DNA from: an uncultured bacterium
Lineage (GTDB): Bacteria; Abyssobacteria; SURF-5
Assembly (NCBI GenBank): GCA_964607485.1
Contig: CAZSKP010000003.1
Location: 64,001 to 128,000 of the forward strand
Reading direction: 5' to 3'
Length of the DNA: 64,000 nt
Shown here: positions 10,045-18,873 of the stretch, piece by piece
How positions within the stretch are numbered: position 1 is the first letter of the stretch
Layout of the letters: each line of letters starts with the position of its first letter
Notes under the pieces: model-generated
Database searches by the model: none
Seen by the model: the letters and a program-made list of their open reading frames with translations, nothing else
What the model was told of the DNA's origin: nothing
Program-made: the position numbers and the translations under genes

Positions 10045-12468
10045 TCACATTGTACTCAGAATGATTGCTCTGCAGCGGAGCACAAAGAGCCCTGCCGTCT
10101 GTCCCATTTGACTTTGCACCAGCGATATAGTTTCAAGCGTGTGCTCTCCTTCGAGTTTGGCGGCGTCCTCGGCTATGGGCAACACGAGCGTATGCCAACC
10201 CTTGTTGAGAAGGACGAACAGTTGGGGTCGGCTTATGCGGAGCGTGTTCGGGGCTTCTTGAACTCCGGTGGCCAGGTCGGATTGCGAATCGAAGATGGGG
10301 TATTCAAGCCGCTTTCCGTCGGAGAAGGTCAGCACAAACGAGGAGACGACCCGACCGTCTTGTGGCAGTATCAGCCGCTTGACTTCCACGAGAAGTTCGA
10401 TTGAAGCGGGCGCTCGCTCGATGGGGCTCTTTGTCCACGCCGTTATGGAGCAGAGGGGCTCTTGGATCGGATGGCCGACAAACATGGAGATGGTGTCATC
10501 CTCAAAAGTGACTTTTGACTCCTCGCTGCAGTTGGACAGGATATGCCAGGTTTCCTCCAGCATGGGAACTTGTATCGACTTCTTTTCCGAACTGCCGCGC
10601 TCCTCCGGAGGCTTTTCCTCGCCGATGCTCTGCCCCGTTTCACCCTCAACGGAGAGGGCGACCTTCTCGGGAACGGGCTCCGGCTCGGGTCCTATATCAT
10701 ATTCGGCCAACTCGCCTCTGAACTCCCTGATTCCCTGCTCGATCTTCTGCATCTCGCTCCGGAGCGTCTTGGCGATTTGTTTCTGAACGTCGGTCGCGTA
10801 AACGGTGAGTTTGATTTCGCTCCGGGAAATGTCCGCCTGGGTTTCCGATTGCGCCCGCGCCTTGCGGATGCGGACTTTCTCCAGCCATTCCCCCACTATT
10901 TCACACCATATCGTGTTTCCGTTGTTGAGCACCAGACGGTCAGGCCACATGTACTCCTGGAGCCCCTTCACATAGTCGTCGGGCAAAGCGGCCCTGCGTT
11001 TCAACTGGTCGAGCGCGTCTTTCAACGCCGGCATGTCCTCCCCTTCCAGCGGCGTCCCGATGTTTTTCAGACGTTCACGAAGCGCGGCGACTTTCGCCTC
11101 CGCCTCGGCGAGCCCTCCCTCCAACGCCGCCACGTCTTCCTGTTCGCACTGGTGCCGGATGCGGGAGAACAGCTCCCCGAGCGTGCCGAGCTCAACATTC
11201 ATCTCGCCGAACAGGTCCTTAATCGGCGGGGGCTCTTCGGCGGGCGTGCATTCCTGCCGGACGCGTGTGAGTTGTTCTCCGAGCAGTTCGAGCTGAGCGT
11301 CGGTCTTGTCGATCGAAGCCTTGGCAAGCGCCGGCCCGGCGGCCTGGCGGATACCCTCCAGCCTGCCGTCGAGCGAGGCGAGCAGTTGCTCTGTCCGGTC
11401 GAGTTCATCGTTCGCCGCGGCCGCGTCGCCTCCCTCGCATCGTTGCCCGAGCTCCTTCAGCCTACCGTCGAGCGCGGCGACATCTTGGTCCACCTGAGCG
11501 AGCGCTTCTTCCCACTCGTTCGGAGGCGGCGGAGGCGACGGCCCGTTGCCGTTGGTCATTTTAAGGGCGATGACAATCCCCACAATGAGAAGGCCCGCAC
11601 CGGCCGCAAGCAGCCGAAGGCCTTTTTTGCGTCGGGCCTGTGTCGAAATCGGCTGGCCGGTCTTGAGCCGCCGGAGGTCTTGAATGAGCTCCTGGCAGCT
11701 CGCGTAACGATTTCGGGGTTTCTTGGCCATCATGTTCTGGATGGCTTTTTCGGCCTCGACCGGAATGTCGGGATTGATGGAGCGCGGCCACTCGGGCTCG
11801 GATGTCTGTATCCTGTTCAGCACCATCAGAGGCGATTCGGCCTCAAAGGGGACCTTGCCGGTAAGAAGCTCGTAGAAGACGACGCCGAGCGAGTAGATGT
11901 CGCTCCGGGCGGTAGCCACCTGTCCCGCGGCCTGTTCGGGCGACATGTATTCGGGCGTGCCCACGATGCTCCCCTCCACCGTGAGCCTCGTGGTGCGCTC
12001 CTGTAGCGCCAACCCGAAGTCGGTCACCTTCACCCGGCCCGACTTGTCTATCATGATGTTGCTCGGTTTTATGTCGCGGTGTACTATCCCCTGGCTGTGC
12101 GCATACTGGAGCGCCCGTGCGACCTGCAGGACGATGCCCATGGCTCTGTCGAGCTGGAAGAAGCCTTCTTTGTAAAGTATTTCGTCGAGCGCGGGGCCTT
12201 CGATGAATTCCATCGTGTAGTAGTAGATTTCATCCTCGTGGCCGATGTCGTATATCTGGACGATGTTGGGGTGATTGAGCTTGGCGATGGCTCGCGCTTC
12301 GTTCTCGAACCTCTTGATAAAGGAAGGGTCGCTGGTGAGGTGCTGGGGAAGCACCTTCATGGCCACCATCCGGCCGAGGGAGAGCTGGTTGGCCTTGTAG
12401 ACGACGCCCATGCCTCCCTTGCCCAGTTCCTTGAGGATTCTGCAGTTTCCGATCTCTTTGCCGATCAT
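10045..12468 (-). CDS. membrane Ser/Thr protein kinase (Hanks-type) with extracytoplasmic coiled-coil and beta domains
   Basis: GKGGMGVVY, VAMK, HRDIKPSN, DFG, GTPEYMSPEQ, DIYSLG; TM helix after the kinase domain. Confidence 0.95.
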   Translation of the reverse strand: MIGKEIGNCRILKELGKGGMGVVYKANQLSLGRMVAMKVLPQHLTSDPSFIKRFENEARAIAKLNHPNIVQIYDIGHEDEIYYYTMEFIEGPALDEILYKEGFFQLDRAMGIVLQVARALQYAHSQGIVHRDIKPSNIMIDKSGRVKVTDFGLALQERTTRLTVEGSIVGTPEYMSPEQAAGQVATARSDIYSLGVVFYELLTGKVPFEAESPLMVLNRIQTSEPEWPRSINPDIPVEAEKAIQNMMAKKPRNRYASCQELIQDLRRLKTGQPISTQARRKKGLRLLAAGAGLLIVGIVIALKMTNGNGPSPPPPPNEWEEALAQVDQDVAALDGRLKELGQRCEGGDAAAANDELDRTEQLLASLDGRLEGIRQAAGPALAKASIDKTDAQLELLGEQLTRVRQECTPAEEPPPIKDLFGEMNVELGTLGELFSRIRHQCEQEDVAALEGGLAEAEAKVAALRERLKNIGTPLEGEDMPALKDALDQLKRRAALPDDYVKGLQEYMWPDRLVLNNGNTIWCEIVGEWLEKVRIRKARAQSETQADISRSEIKLTVYATDVQKQIAKTLRSEMQKIEQGIREFRGELAEYDIGPEPEPVPEKVALSVEGETGQSIGEEKPPEERGSSEKKSIQVPMLEETWHILSNCSEESKVTFEDDTISMFVGHPIQEPLCSITAWTKSPIERAPASIELLVEVKRLILPQDGRVVSSFVLTFSDGKRLEYPIFDSQSDLATGVQEAPNTLRISRPQLFVLLNKGWHTLVLPIAEDAAKLEGEHTLETISLVQSQMGQTAGLFVLRCRAIILSTM

Positions 12469-12499
12469 GGCTTTCCCAGACGGACGGGGGAATCCGCCC

Positions 12500-13324
12500 T
12501 CACTCGGATTCGGCCTGCGGCCTCAAGGCGCCCCGGAATTCTTCGGGCACTTCGTATCGGACGCTTGTGGCCTCGATTTCGTCCGCCCTCTTAAGGAGCT
12601 TGCCGAGCTTTGCGGTGTTTTCGGAGATCTTCTTGTTAACCTCTTCGATACGTTTGCTGTACTCGTCGGCCTCTTCTACGGAGGTCACTTTGGCCATGGC
12701 AGAGCGGAGCGCGCCGCTCATCCGTCTCTGGGCCGTTATTTCTTCATACAGCCGATAGATTTCCGGCTCCATCTCGTCGAGTTCCTTCGCCTGCTTGGGA
12801 GTAACCCAGATGTACTGAAACTTCACGAGGCCCTTCGCCTTTTGGTCGGCTTCGAACTGCCTGCGATGTTCTCGCGCGCGCCTTCTGGTATCGAGCAGTT
12901 CCTCCTTTTCTTCAGGCGTCATCCAATTGCCCTCGAACTTCACGAGCCCTTTGGCCAGCTGGGCATTCTCGAACCGTTTTTCTGCGGCGTGTCTCGCCTC
13001 CTGGGCTTCCTTGATTTCCAGCTCTTTTTGTCTCCATTTTCTGAGCAGCAACTGGTTCTCTTCCCGCGTGGCCTCCTCCACGAAATCGATTTTGTCGCGT
13101 GCTATGGTAGATATTCCCATCTCCGTCTTGAACGTGATCGAATCTTCGGTTTCGCGTATGACGACCGCGGTGCGCGAGTATCCGGTCTTGAAATATATCT
13201 CGTCGGCGGAAAGGGGAGTGTTCAGGACGGCGGCGAACAGAGCGGCGCAGATGACCGTCGGGAGGAAATGCCGGCGGACACGGCCGAGGGCTCTTCGTTC
13301 AGGCTTACAGATGTGCTTTAACAT
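12500..13324 (-). CDS. secreted hypothetical protein with KGLVKF..W.TP repeats
   Basis: signal peptide ending PLSA-DEIYFKTG; two repeats AKGLVKFEGNWMTPEE / AKGLVKFQYIWVTPKQ; coiled coil; start uncertain. Confidence 0.7.
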   Translation of the reverse strand: MLKHICKPERRALGRVRRHFLPTVICAALFAAVLNTPLSADEIYFKTGYSRTAVVIRETEDSITFKTEMGISTIARDKIDFVEEATREENQLLLRKWRQKELEIKEAQEARHAAEKRFENAQLAKGLVKFEGNWMTPEEKEELLDTRRRAREHRRQFEADQKAKGLVKFQYIWVTPKQAKELDEMEPEIYRLYEEITAQRRMSGALRSAMAKVTSVEEADEYSKRIEEVNKKISENTAKLGKLLKRADEIEATSVRYEVPEEFRGALRPQAESE

Positions 13325-13673
13325 ATTCTTCAACGGCCTTCCTTGCAGTGTCGTCCAGATCCGTAAAGAACACGGCCACCTCGTACTGCTGCGCGTCGCC
13401 GCCATGGACGGGTTCGCACCGCACAACGGCTCCTTCGCACTGAACGCTGGTTGGAGCTTCCGGCCGGCCGGCCGGGTCGGACTGAATGGGGAGCATCAGG
13501 GTCATCATGAGACGGGTCATGAACTCGATGGGCCGGCCTATCCTGAAACTGAGGCCCGAGAGGCTGATGTCTTTGACCTGCAGCCCGGCCGCATGCGGGG
13601 CCGCGCCAAGCCTCAGGCCAGCCGTGCCTCTGGCCCGAGGATGCTTGCGTCGTTCGACCTTCGGTTTCGCCAT
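13305..13673 (-). CDS. PilZ-domain protein
   Basis: RKHPR (RxxxR), DISLSG (DxSxxG), GAVVR...VAVFF; ATG at 13673 with GGAG upstream. Confidence 0.88.
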   Translation of the reverse strand: MAKPKVERRKHPRARGTAGLRLGAAPHAAGLQVKDISLSGLSFRIGRPIEFMTRLMMTLMLPIQSDPAGRPEAPTSVQCEGAVVRCEPVHGGDAQQYEVAVFFTDLDDTARKAVEEYVKAHL

Positions 13674-13693
13674 GGCTTCATTCTCCAGTCGAC

Positions 13694-16273
13694 CTAGGTG
13701 CCCTCCAATGCTTCGATTGCGCGTTTCAGGTCTTCTATCAGAAACGGTTTCTCCACCACCGTGCATTCGATCGCGGCGAAGAATTCCCTGAACTCCTCGC
13801 TGAGAGTATCGCCCGTTGAGAAGATCATCTTCTTCGACAATTCCGGATTCACTTCCCGAATCCTATGGTACAGAGCCTTGCCGTCCATTCCGGGCATTTT
13901 CAGGTCGCAGATGAGGAAGTCGAACTGCGACGTCGCAATCATCTGCAGAGCCTCGTCGCCGTTGTGGGCCTTTTCCACGCTCAAGTCCATCTGCGTTAAG
14001 ATATCGGTCAGCAGGTCGAGGATTACCTCCTCGTCGTCGACCACGAGCGCCAGACCCTTCTTTGGCGCGGCCGAAGATGTTCCCGATGCGGACGCGTCCG
14101 CTTCCACGGCCTCCGTCCGAGCGTCGACCAGGGGGAATTCGAGCCTGAACGTGGCCCCGTGGGGATGTGTGTTCTCGGCGGAGATATGTCCGCCGTGTTC
14201 TTGCGCGATGCCGTATGCGACGCTCAGCCCAAGCCCCGTGGCCTCTCCGACTTCCTTGGTCGTGAAGAACGGGTCGAAGATTCTGGACAGGTGTTCCTGG
14301 GGTATGCCGGGGCCGTCGTCCGAGATGAAGACGCGCACGCAGTTGTTGCGTCGGTCCGTTTCGGTTCTTATCTCTATCTTCCCGCCCGTCTTGCCGGCTG
14401 CAACGGCCTGATGGGCATTGTTGAGCACGTTCAGGACCACCTGTTGCATCTGGTAAAAATCCGCCATGATGTGGGGCTGGTCGTCGTCGAGTCGAGCGAC
14501 GAGACGGATGCCGTCCATACACACCTGCTGCTCTCTCAAATCGACAATGCTCTTTACGATCTCATTCATGTTCATGGGCAGCTTCTGAGGCTTGTCACGC
14601 CTCGCAAACCCGAGCAGGTTCTGGACTATTCTCTTGCATCGCAACGCCTCGCGGTTGATCTTTTCGAGAGCGTCTCGGTATTGGGATTCCAAAGACAGTT
14701 CGAGCAGGAACTGGGAGTAGCCCATGATGCCCGTCAGGGGATTGTTGAGCTCATGCGCGACGCCCGATATGAGTTCGCCCATGGCTGAGAGCTTCTCGGT
14801 CTGAACGAGCTTGGCCTGCGTCGCCTTGAGCTTTGCCATCGATTCTTCGAGTTTGCGGTTTGTCTCGACGACCGACTCGTGGAGCTTCCTGAATTCCTCT
14901 TCGCGCTTTGTCTCGGCGGTCGCGTCGCGGGCGATGCACATCACACCTTTCAGCTCGCCGTCTTCCTCAACGAGCGAACTATTGATTTTCAGGTAAACGT
15001 CCTCACCCTTCGTGTCCTTTATCCGCATGGGCAGCACGTCGTCGCCGCCCTTGAGTCCTCGCGTCCATCCCGCCATCGCCTCGGGCAAATCCTCGGGACT
15101 GACGATGTCGGCGAAATGGCGGCCGATCCAATCTTCAGCCTTAAAGCCGGTGATTTGTTCGGCCCTCCTGTTTATCGAAACGAATCGTCCCTCAGTGTCG
15201 AGAATAAAGATAATATCGATGGCATTTTCGATCAGGTTGCGGTACCTCTGCTCCGACCTTCGGAGCTCGCCGTAAAGCTCCGCGTTTCTCCACGCCACGG
15301 CCGCCTGGTCGGCGAACAGGCTGAGACTTTCGATCTCCGCCGGCGTGAACGTACGCGTCGTGGCGAGCACCACCGTCATGAAGCCGAATTCTTCGCCCGA
15401 TTCGAACATCGGAACCACGAGCGTCGCCTTCACGCCCAAGTTGGCAAGTGCTCCGGGCGCGTGGATGCGGGAGTCTTGCATGACATCTGCGCTGAAGACC
15501 GGCCGTTTTTCCCTCAGTGCTACGTCGAACAGTCCCTCCGCTCCCCTGGAGCGCCGTCGTATCAGTGTGAACTCGTCCAGGAACTCCTGGAGGTTCTTCT
15601 GTATCGTCTCCTCAAGCGCGGGCCCGGCCATGGACTGCTTGAGCACGAGGTCTCCCGTTTCCCTGTCCACCATGTGTATGGTGACGGCATCGGCGACGGT
15701 CGTTTGCAGAACGCCCTCGCATATCGTCTTGAGGACCTCGTCGGTCCCGATGGAGGGGTCGAGCATGCGATGCATGACTTCGTCGAAGAGCTGTATCGAG
15801 AGGAGCTTCTGTCGGGTTCCTTGCTGCGACTCGTCTGTGACGGTTTCCTCTGCGCGACGGCCCGTTGTCGGCTGACCGGGGGGATATGCGGCTGCGACGA
15901 TTCGCCGCGCGTCGGAGAAGAAACTCGCCGCTCGCAGCAGCTCCTGCAGAATGGATTGCTCGGAGGAGTCGCGCCGCGGCAGCTCGAGCATCGCCCTCTC
16001 CAGGCTGTCCAGGGCGGCGATCTGGTCGGCGAGGCAGTTGGAGGCGGCGGCATTTTGTGAGGCCGCGGTCATCCTGACCTCGAGCGCCTCCGGGTCTTCG
16101 CCCTCGAGCATCGACAGCACACAGGAAAAAGCCGCCTCCTGAAGCGGGCGGAGTCGGGGAGCACCCTCGGTTGCTGAGGAGATTTGGGAGAAGATGTCGG
16201 CCTGGCTTTCAGCCAGAATGCGACGTAAGCTTGTGGCAGACATAACGAGAAAAGGTTGCGCGACGAGTCCCAA
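13694..16273 (-). CDS. cytoplasmic hybrid histidine kinase (helical N-term, GAF, PAS, HisKA, HATPase, REC); start may be 16243
   Basis: [43 protein letters not shown]...DLKMPGMDG...KPF. Confidence 0.93.
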   Translation of the reverse strand: MGLVAQPFLVMSATSLRRILAESQADIFSQISSATEGAPRLRPLQEAAFSCVLSMLEGEDPEALEVRMTAASQNAAASNCLADQIAALDSLERAMLELPRRDSSEQSILQELLRAASFFSDARRIVAAAYPPGQPTTGRRAEETVTDESQQGTRQKLLSIQLFDEVMHRMLDPSIGTDEVLKTICEGVLQTTVADAVTIHMVDRETGDLVLKQSMAGPALEETIQKNLQEFLDEFTLIRRRSRGAEGLFDVALREKRPVFSADVMQDSRIHAPGALANLGVKATLVVPMFESGEEFGFMTVVLATTRTFTPAEIESLSLFADQAAVAWRNAELYGELRRSEQRYRNLIENAIDIIFILDTEGRFVSINRRAEQITGFKAEDWIGRHFADIVSPEDLPEAMAGWTRGLKGGDDVLPMRIKDTKGEDVYLKINSSLVEEDGELKGVMCIARDATAETKREEEFRKLHESVVETNRKLEESMAKLKATQAKLVQTEKLSAMGELISGVAHELNNPLTGIMGYSQFLLELSLESQYRDALEKINREALRCKRIVQNLLGFARRDKPQKLPMNMNEIVKSIVDLREQQVCMDGIRLVARLDDDQPHIMADFYQMQQVVLNVLNNAHQAVAAGKTGGKIEIRTETDRRNNCVRVFISDDGPGIPQEHLSRIFDPFFTTKEVGEATGLGLSVAYGIAQEHGGHISAENTHPHGATFRLEFPLVDARTEAVEADASASGTSSAAPKKGLALVVDDEEVILDLLTDILTQMDLSVEKAHNGDEALQMIATSQFDFLICDLKMPGMDGKALYHRIREVNPELSKKMIFSTGDTLSEEFREFFAAIECTVVEKPFLIEDLKRAIEALEGT

Positions 16274-16308
16274 AAGGATAATGCGCCAAAGCTTTTGCGT
16301 TTGTTCGC

Positions 16309-16317
16309 ATTATAGCA
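16309..16317 (-). promoter_or_regulatory. extended -10 promoter element upstream of hybrid kinase
   Basis: minus strand TGcTATAAT. Confidence 0.5.
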
Positions 16318-16360
16318 TAAAGGCGATGGGATTTTCCACAGGGGAAGGGCGTGGAACGAA

Positions 16361-17458
16361 TCAGTATCGGCCGTATTCCAAGGCGCAGCGCAGCATCGCG
16401 CGGATGTTTTCGGGCCGGGAGTTGGGAGGCGCCTCGCATCCGGAGCTGAGAATGAACCCGCCGCCCGGCGCACAGCCGTCGATGAGTTGCCTGCAGGCAT
16501 CTTCCACCTCTTCGGGTGGGCCGAACGCGAGCAACGCGGGAGACACGTTGCCCTTGATACAGAGCTTCTTAGACAATATGCGTTTGGCAAGAAACATGTC
16601 GGAGATGTCGAGTTCGACGACGGCCGAACCGGCCGGAAGCTCGGTGAAGTATTCCAGGAGCGGGTTCCAATTACCATCGAGATGGAGAATGACAAGATAT
16701 CCCGCCCCGGAGTAAGCCAACACCTGCTGTTTGAGCCACGGCCAGGCGAACCGCTCGAACATGGCGGGCGAGACCATCGAGCTGGAGAATTTCAGGCTGG
16801 GAATGCAGATGTTTCTGGCTCTGAGCAGGCGCGCCAGCCGGAGGACGGCCTTGATTATCTTCTGGTTGTATTTCTCGTTTATCTCGCCTATCTTCTCCGG
16901 GATGTCTATCAGGTCGGTGAATCCCTCAGTGCCGCGATAGAACAGCATGAGTTCCGCCGGAAGATACGAAATCATTTCCTGCCAGGGTACCACGTCGCGA
17001 GTACTTTTCCAGCGTTTCATCCAGCGAAGGTGCTTGAGCAGGTACACGCTCATTGTCTTGATGGTGTCCCATCGCCCGATGCGGTCATATGTCATCATGG
17101 CGGAGAACCCCTTTTGCATAACGGAATCGTAGATGTCGGGGCCGGCCTGGACGCTTTCGAGGATTTGCGGCATCTCCAGGTCAGAGAAGCGCCAGTCATA
17201 GTAGAGCGCGCTGTAAAGAATCGGGACGACGGAGGAAAAAGCGAAACGCATCGGAGTGAGGTTCATGGTGTCAGGGAGGCCGTCATAGAATTCGAACGCG
17301 CCAAGAGCAGCGCGGTGGCACGCATCGACGTCCCACACGAAATCTTTCATTCGAGTTCCGGTGACGGCTGCGATGTGGTAAATGATGAAGGGCGAGACGG
17401 GGACCCTGTCGGGCTCTCGCAGGGCGATGGCTTCCGCAACTCGCTCGGCGGACGTCAT
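16361..17458 (-). CDS. uroporphyrinogen decarboxylase / MtaA-CmuA (methylcobamide methyltransferase) family protein
   Basis: MTSAERV..AI....PDRVPV, SP.MFERFAWP, LHLDG, GNVSP..L..G.PEEV, GGGFILSSGC. Confidence 0.85.
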   Translation of the reverse strand: MTSAERVAEAIALREPDRVPVSPFIIYHIAAVTGTRMKDFVWDVDACHRAALGAFEFYDGLPDTMNLTPMRFAFSSVVPILYSALYYDWRFSDLEMPQILESVQAGPDIYDSVMQKGFSAMMTYDRIGRWDTIKTMSVYLLKHLRWMKRWKSTRDVVPWQEMISYLPAELMLFYRGTEGFTDLIDIPEKIGEINEKYNQKIIKAVLRLARLLRARNICIPSLKFSSSMVSPAMFERFAWPWLKQQVLAYSGAGYLVILHLDGNWNPLLEYFTELPAGSAVVELDISDMFLAKRILSKKLCIKGNVSPALLAFGPPEEVEDACRQLIDGCAPGGGFILSSGCEAPPNSRPENIRAMLRCALEYGRY

Positions 17459-18276
17459 TTCCTCTCTGGCAAATACGAGGCAGGTTGCTCGACTCGGGAG
17501 AGACAGAATCTGCTCACCTCATCGAACAGGATATGGCGGTCTCTGTCGATGGGAGCCTTGTGCCGGCTGTTCTCAAGACGGATGAGGCGTTTCTCTTTGC
17601 TGCTGACGGAATCGAACATGTATTTTCCGCTGTTTTTCCAGATGACATCGTCGCGGCGCGACTGCACGATGAGTATCGGCGCGTTCACGCGTTTGATGAC
17701 GGCGCGCGTCATCTCCATCGATTCGACGAGGCAGAGCACGCTCCGGGAGGGATAGCTCTTGTAACCGACGAGGTATTCTGCGAGCGTTTTATCGGACAGG
17801 CTGGTGGCTCCAAACTTGGGGATGTTTGCGCCGAACACCGCGCCCAGCTTTGCGACAATCTTTATCGCCTTTTCGCTCGCATAGCCGCCGCGGGGGAACA
17901 CGGGCGCGCAGATGGTTACGATGCCGCCCAGGTCGCGCATCGCGGCCAGTTGGAGGCCCAGCAGGCCTCCCATGCTGAAGCCGACGATCACAACCGACTC
18001 GCAGCTTTCCTGCATTTTCGCATATTCCATCTCCACCATTCCGAGCAGCCTCTGGTTGGAGATGCCGGCGAAATCCTCCAATGAGGTTCCATGGCCGGGC
18101 AGGGTTATTCCCTTCGTGCTTATCCCCTGAGTACTCAGGTGAGTGCCCATCGGTTCCATGAGAGCGGCGGTGTCGCCGAACCCGTGCACCAAGAGACACC
18201 CCACCGGCCCCCTGACAAAGGAAAACGCCGGGGCGAATGTACGCTTCTTCACGCCTGTGCCTGTTGCAACCGCCAA
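17455..18276 (-). CDS. alpha/beta-hydrolase (carboxylesterase/monoacylglycerol lipase-like)
   Basis: LLVHGF, LPGHG, GFSMGG nucleophile elbow, D and H (NSRH) triad positions. Confidence 0.88.
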   Translation of the reverse strand: MAVATGTGVKKRTFAPAFSFVRGPVGCLLVHGFGDTAALMEPMGTHLSTQGISTKGITLPGHGTSLEDFAGISNQRLLGMVEMEYAKMQESCESVVIVGFSMGGLLGLQLAAMRDLGGIVTICAPVFPRGGYASEKAIKIVAKLGAVFGANIPKFGATSLSDKTLAEYLVGYKSYPSRSVLCLVESMEMTRAVIKRVNAPILIVQSRRDDVIWKNSGKYMFDSVSSKEKRLIRLENSRHKAPIDRDRHILFDEVSRFCLSRVEQPASYLPERK

Positions 18277-18356
18277 GTAATCTCAACCCCTTTGGGGCGA
18301 GCGTGAAGCCCTGGCAGGCTCGACCATCCCATCGTCGTGGCCGGGGCCCTTTGCTC

Positions 18357-18590
18357 TCAGTAGTAGTAGTGTCCCTTGAACAGGCCGACGTTCTTCAGGA
18401 ATCTGTACGCGCCCATGAGCGCCGCACTGACTATCACAACCATCGAGAACAGGCTCACGGCAAGCGTAAATGTGAAAGCGGAATTAGTGTCCATGCCGAA
18501 ACTCCCGTAGTTCAGAAACGCGAAGGCGACAGGTGCGCCCAGCGCGGTTCCGACAGAAACCTTTAAGGTGTTCTTAACCTTTTTGCTCAC
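18357..18590 (-). CDS. small two-TM membrane protein
   Basis: two hydrophobic helices, G-rich RBS before GTG. Confidence 0.6.
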   Translation of the reverse strand: MSKKVKNTLKVSVGTALGAPVAFAFLNYGSFGMDTNSAFTFTLAVSLFSMVVIVSAALMGAYRFLKNVGLFKGHYYY

Positions 18591-18631
18591 TGTCTTCCCC
18601 CCCAGTCATCGCAGTGCTTGGGGACTCGAAG

Positions 18632-18700
18632 AACAAGAAGCATGCCAGCCCTTCGCGGCAGGGGGAGATAATTCATAACCACATTTATACCAGGTTGTTA
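18632..18700 (-). promoter_or_regulatory. putative sigma54 promoter with upstream IHF-like site
   Basis: TGGCATGCTTCTTGTT (18647-18632; -12 is TTGT, not TTGC) and TAACAA-N4-GTA starting 54 bp upstream of the GG. Confidence 0.45.
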
Positions 18701-18873
18701 CAAAACAGACCCGGGTTTGCCGGTCATGCCCCGATTGCCTCTTTGTGCAACCGCGGACATGCATGGATGCAGTATGTTTATTGCGTGGGGATGGGATGGG
18801 AAATAGGAGCCGGCGGAGCGTTAATCCCTTGCAGGCGTGCGAGATGCGCCTTTGCCCGACGAGCTGACAGGAA

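Noticed and set aside
10543-12006. 487-aa plus-strand ORF and similar long antisense ORFs (e.g. 14879..16060, 16487..17755, 19264..20427, 32974..34044)
   Set aside because: Antisense shadows of well-supported genes, with no recognisable motifs
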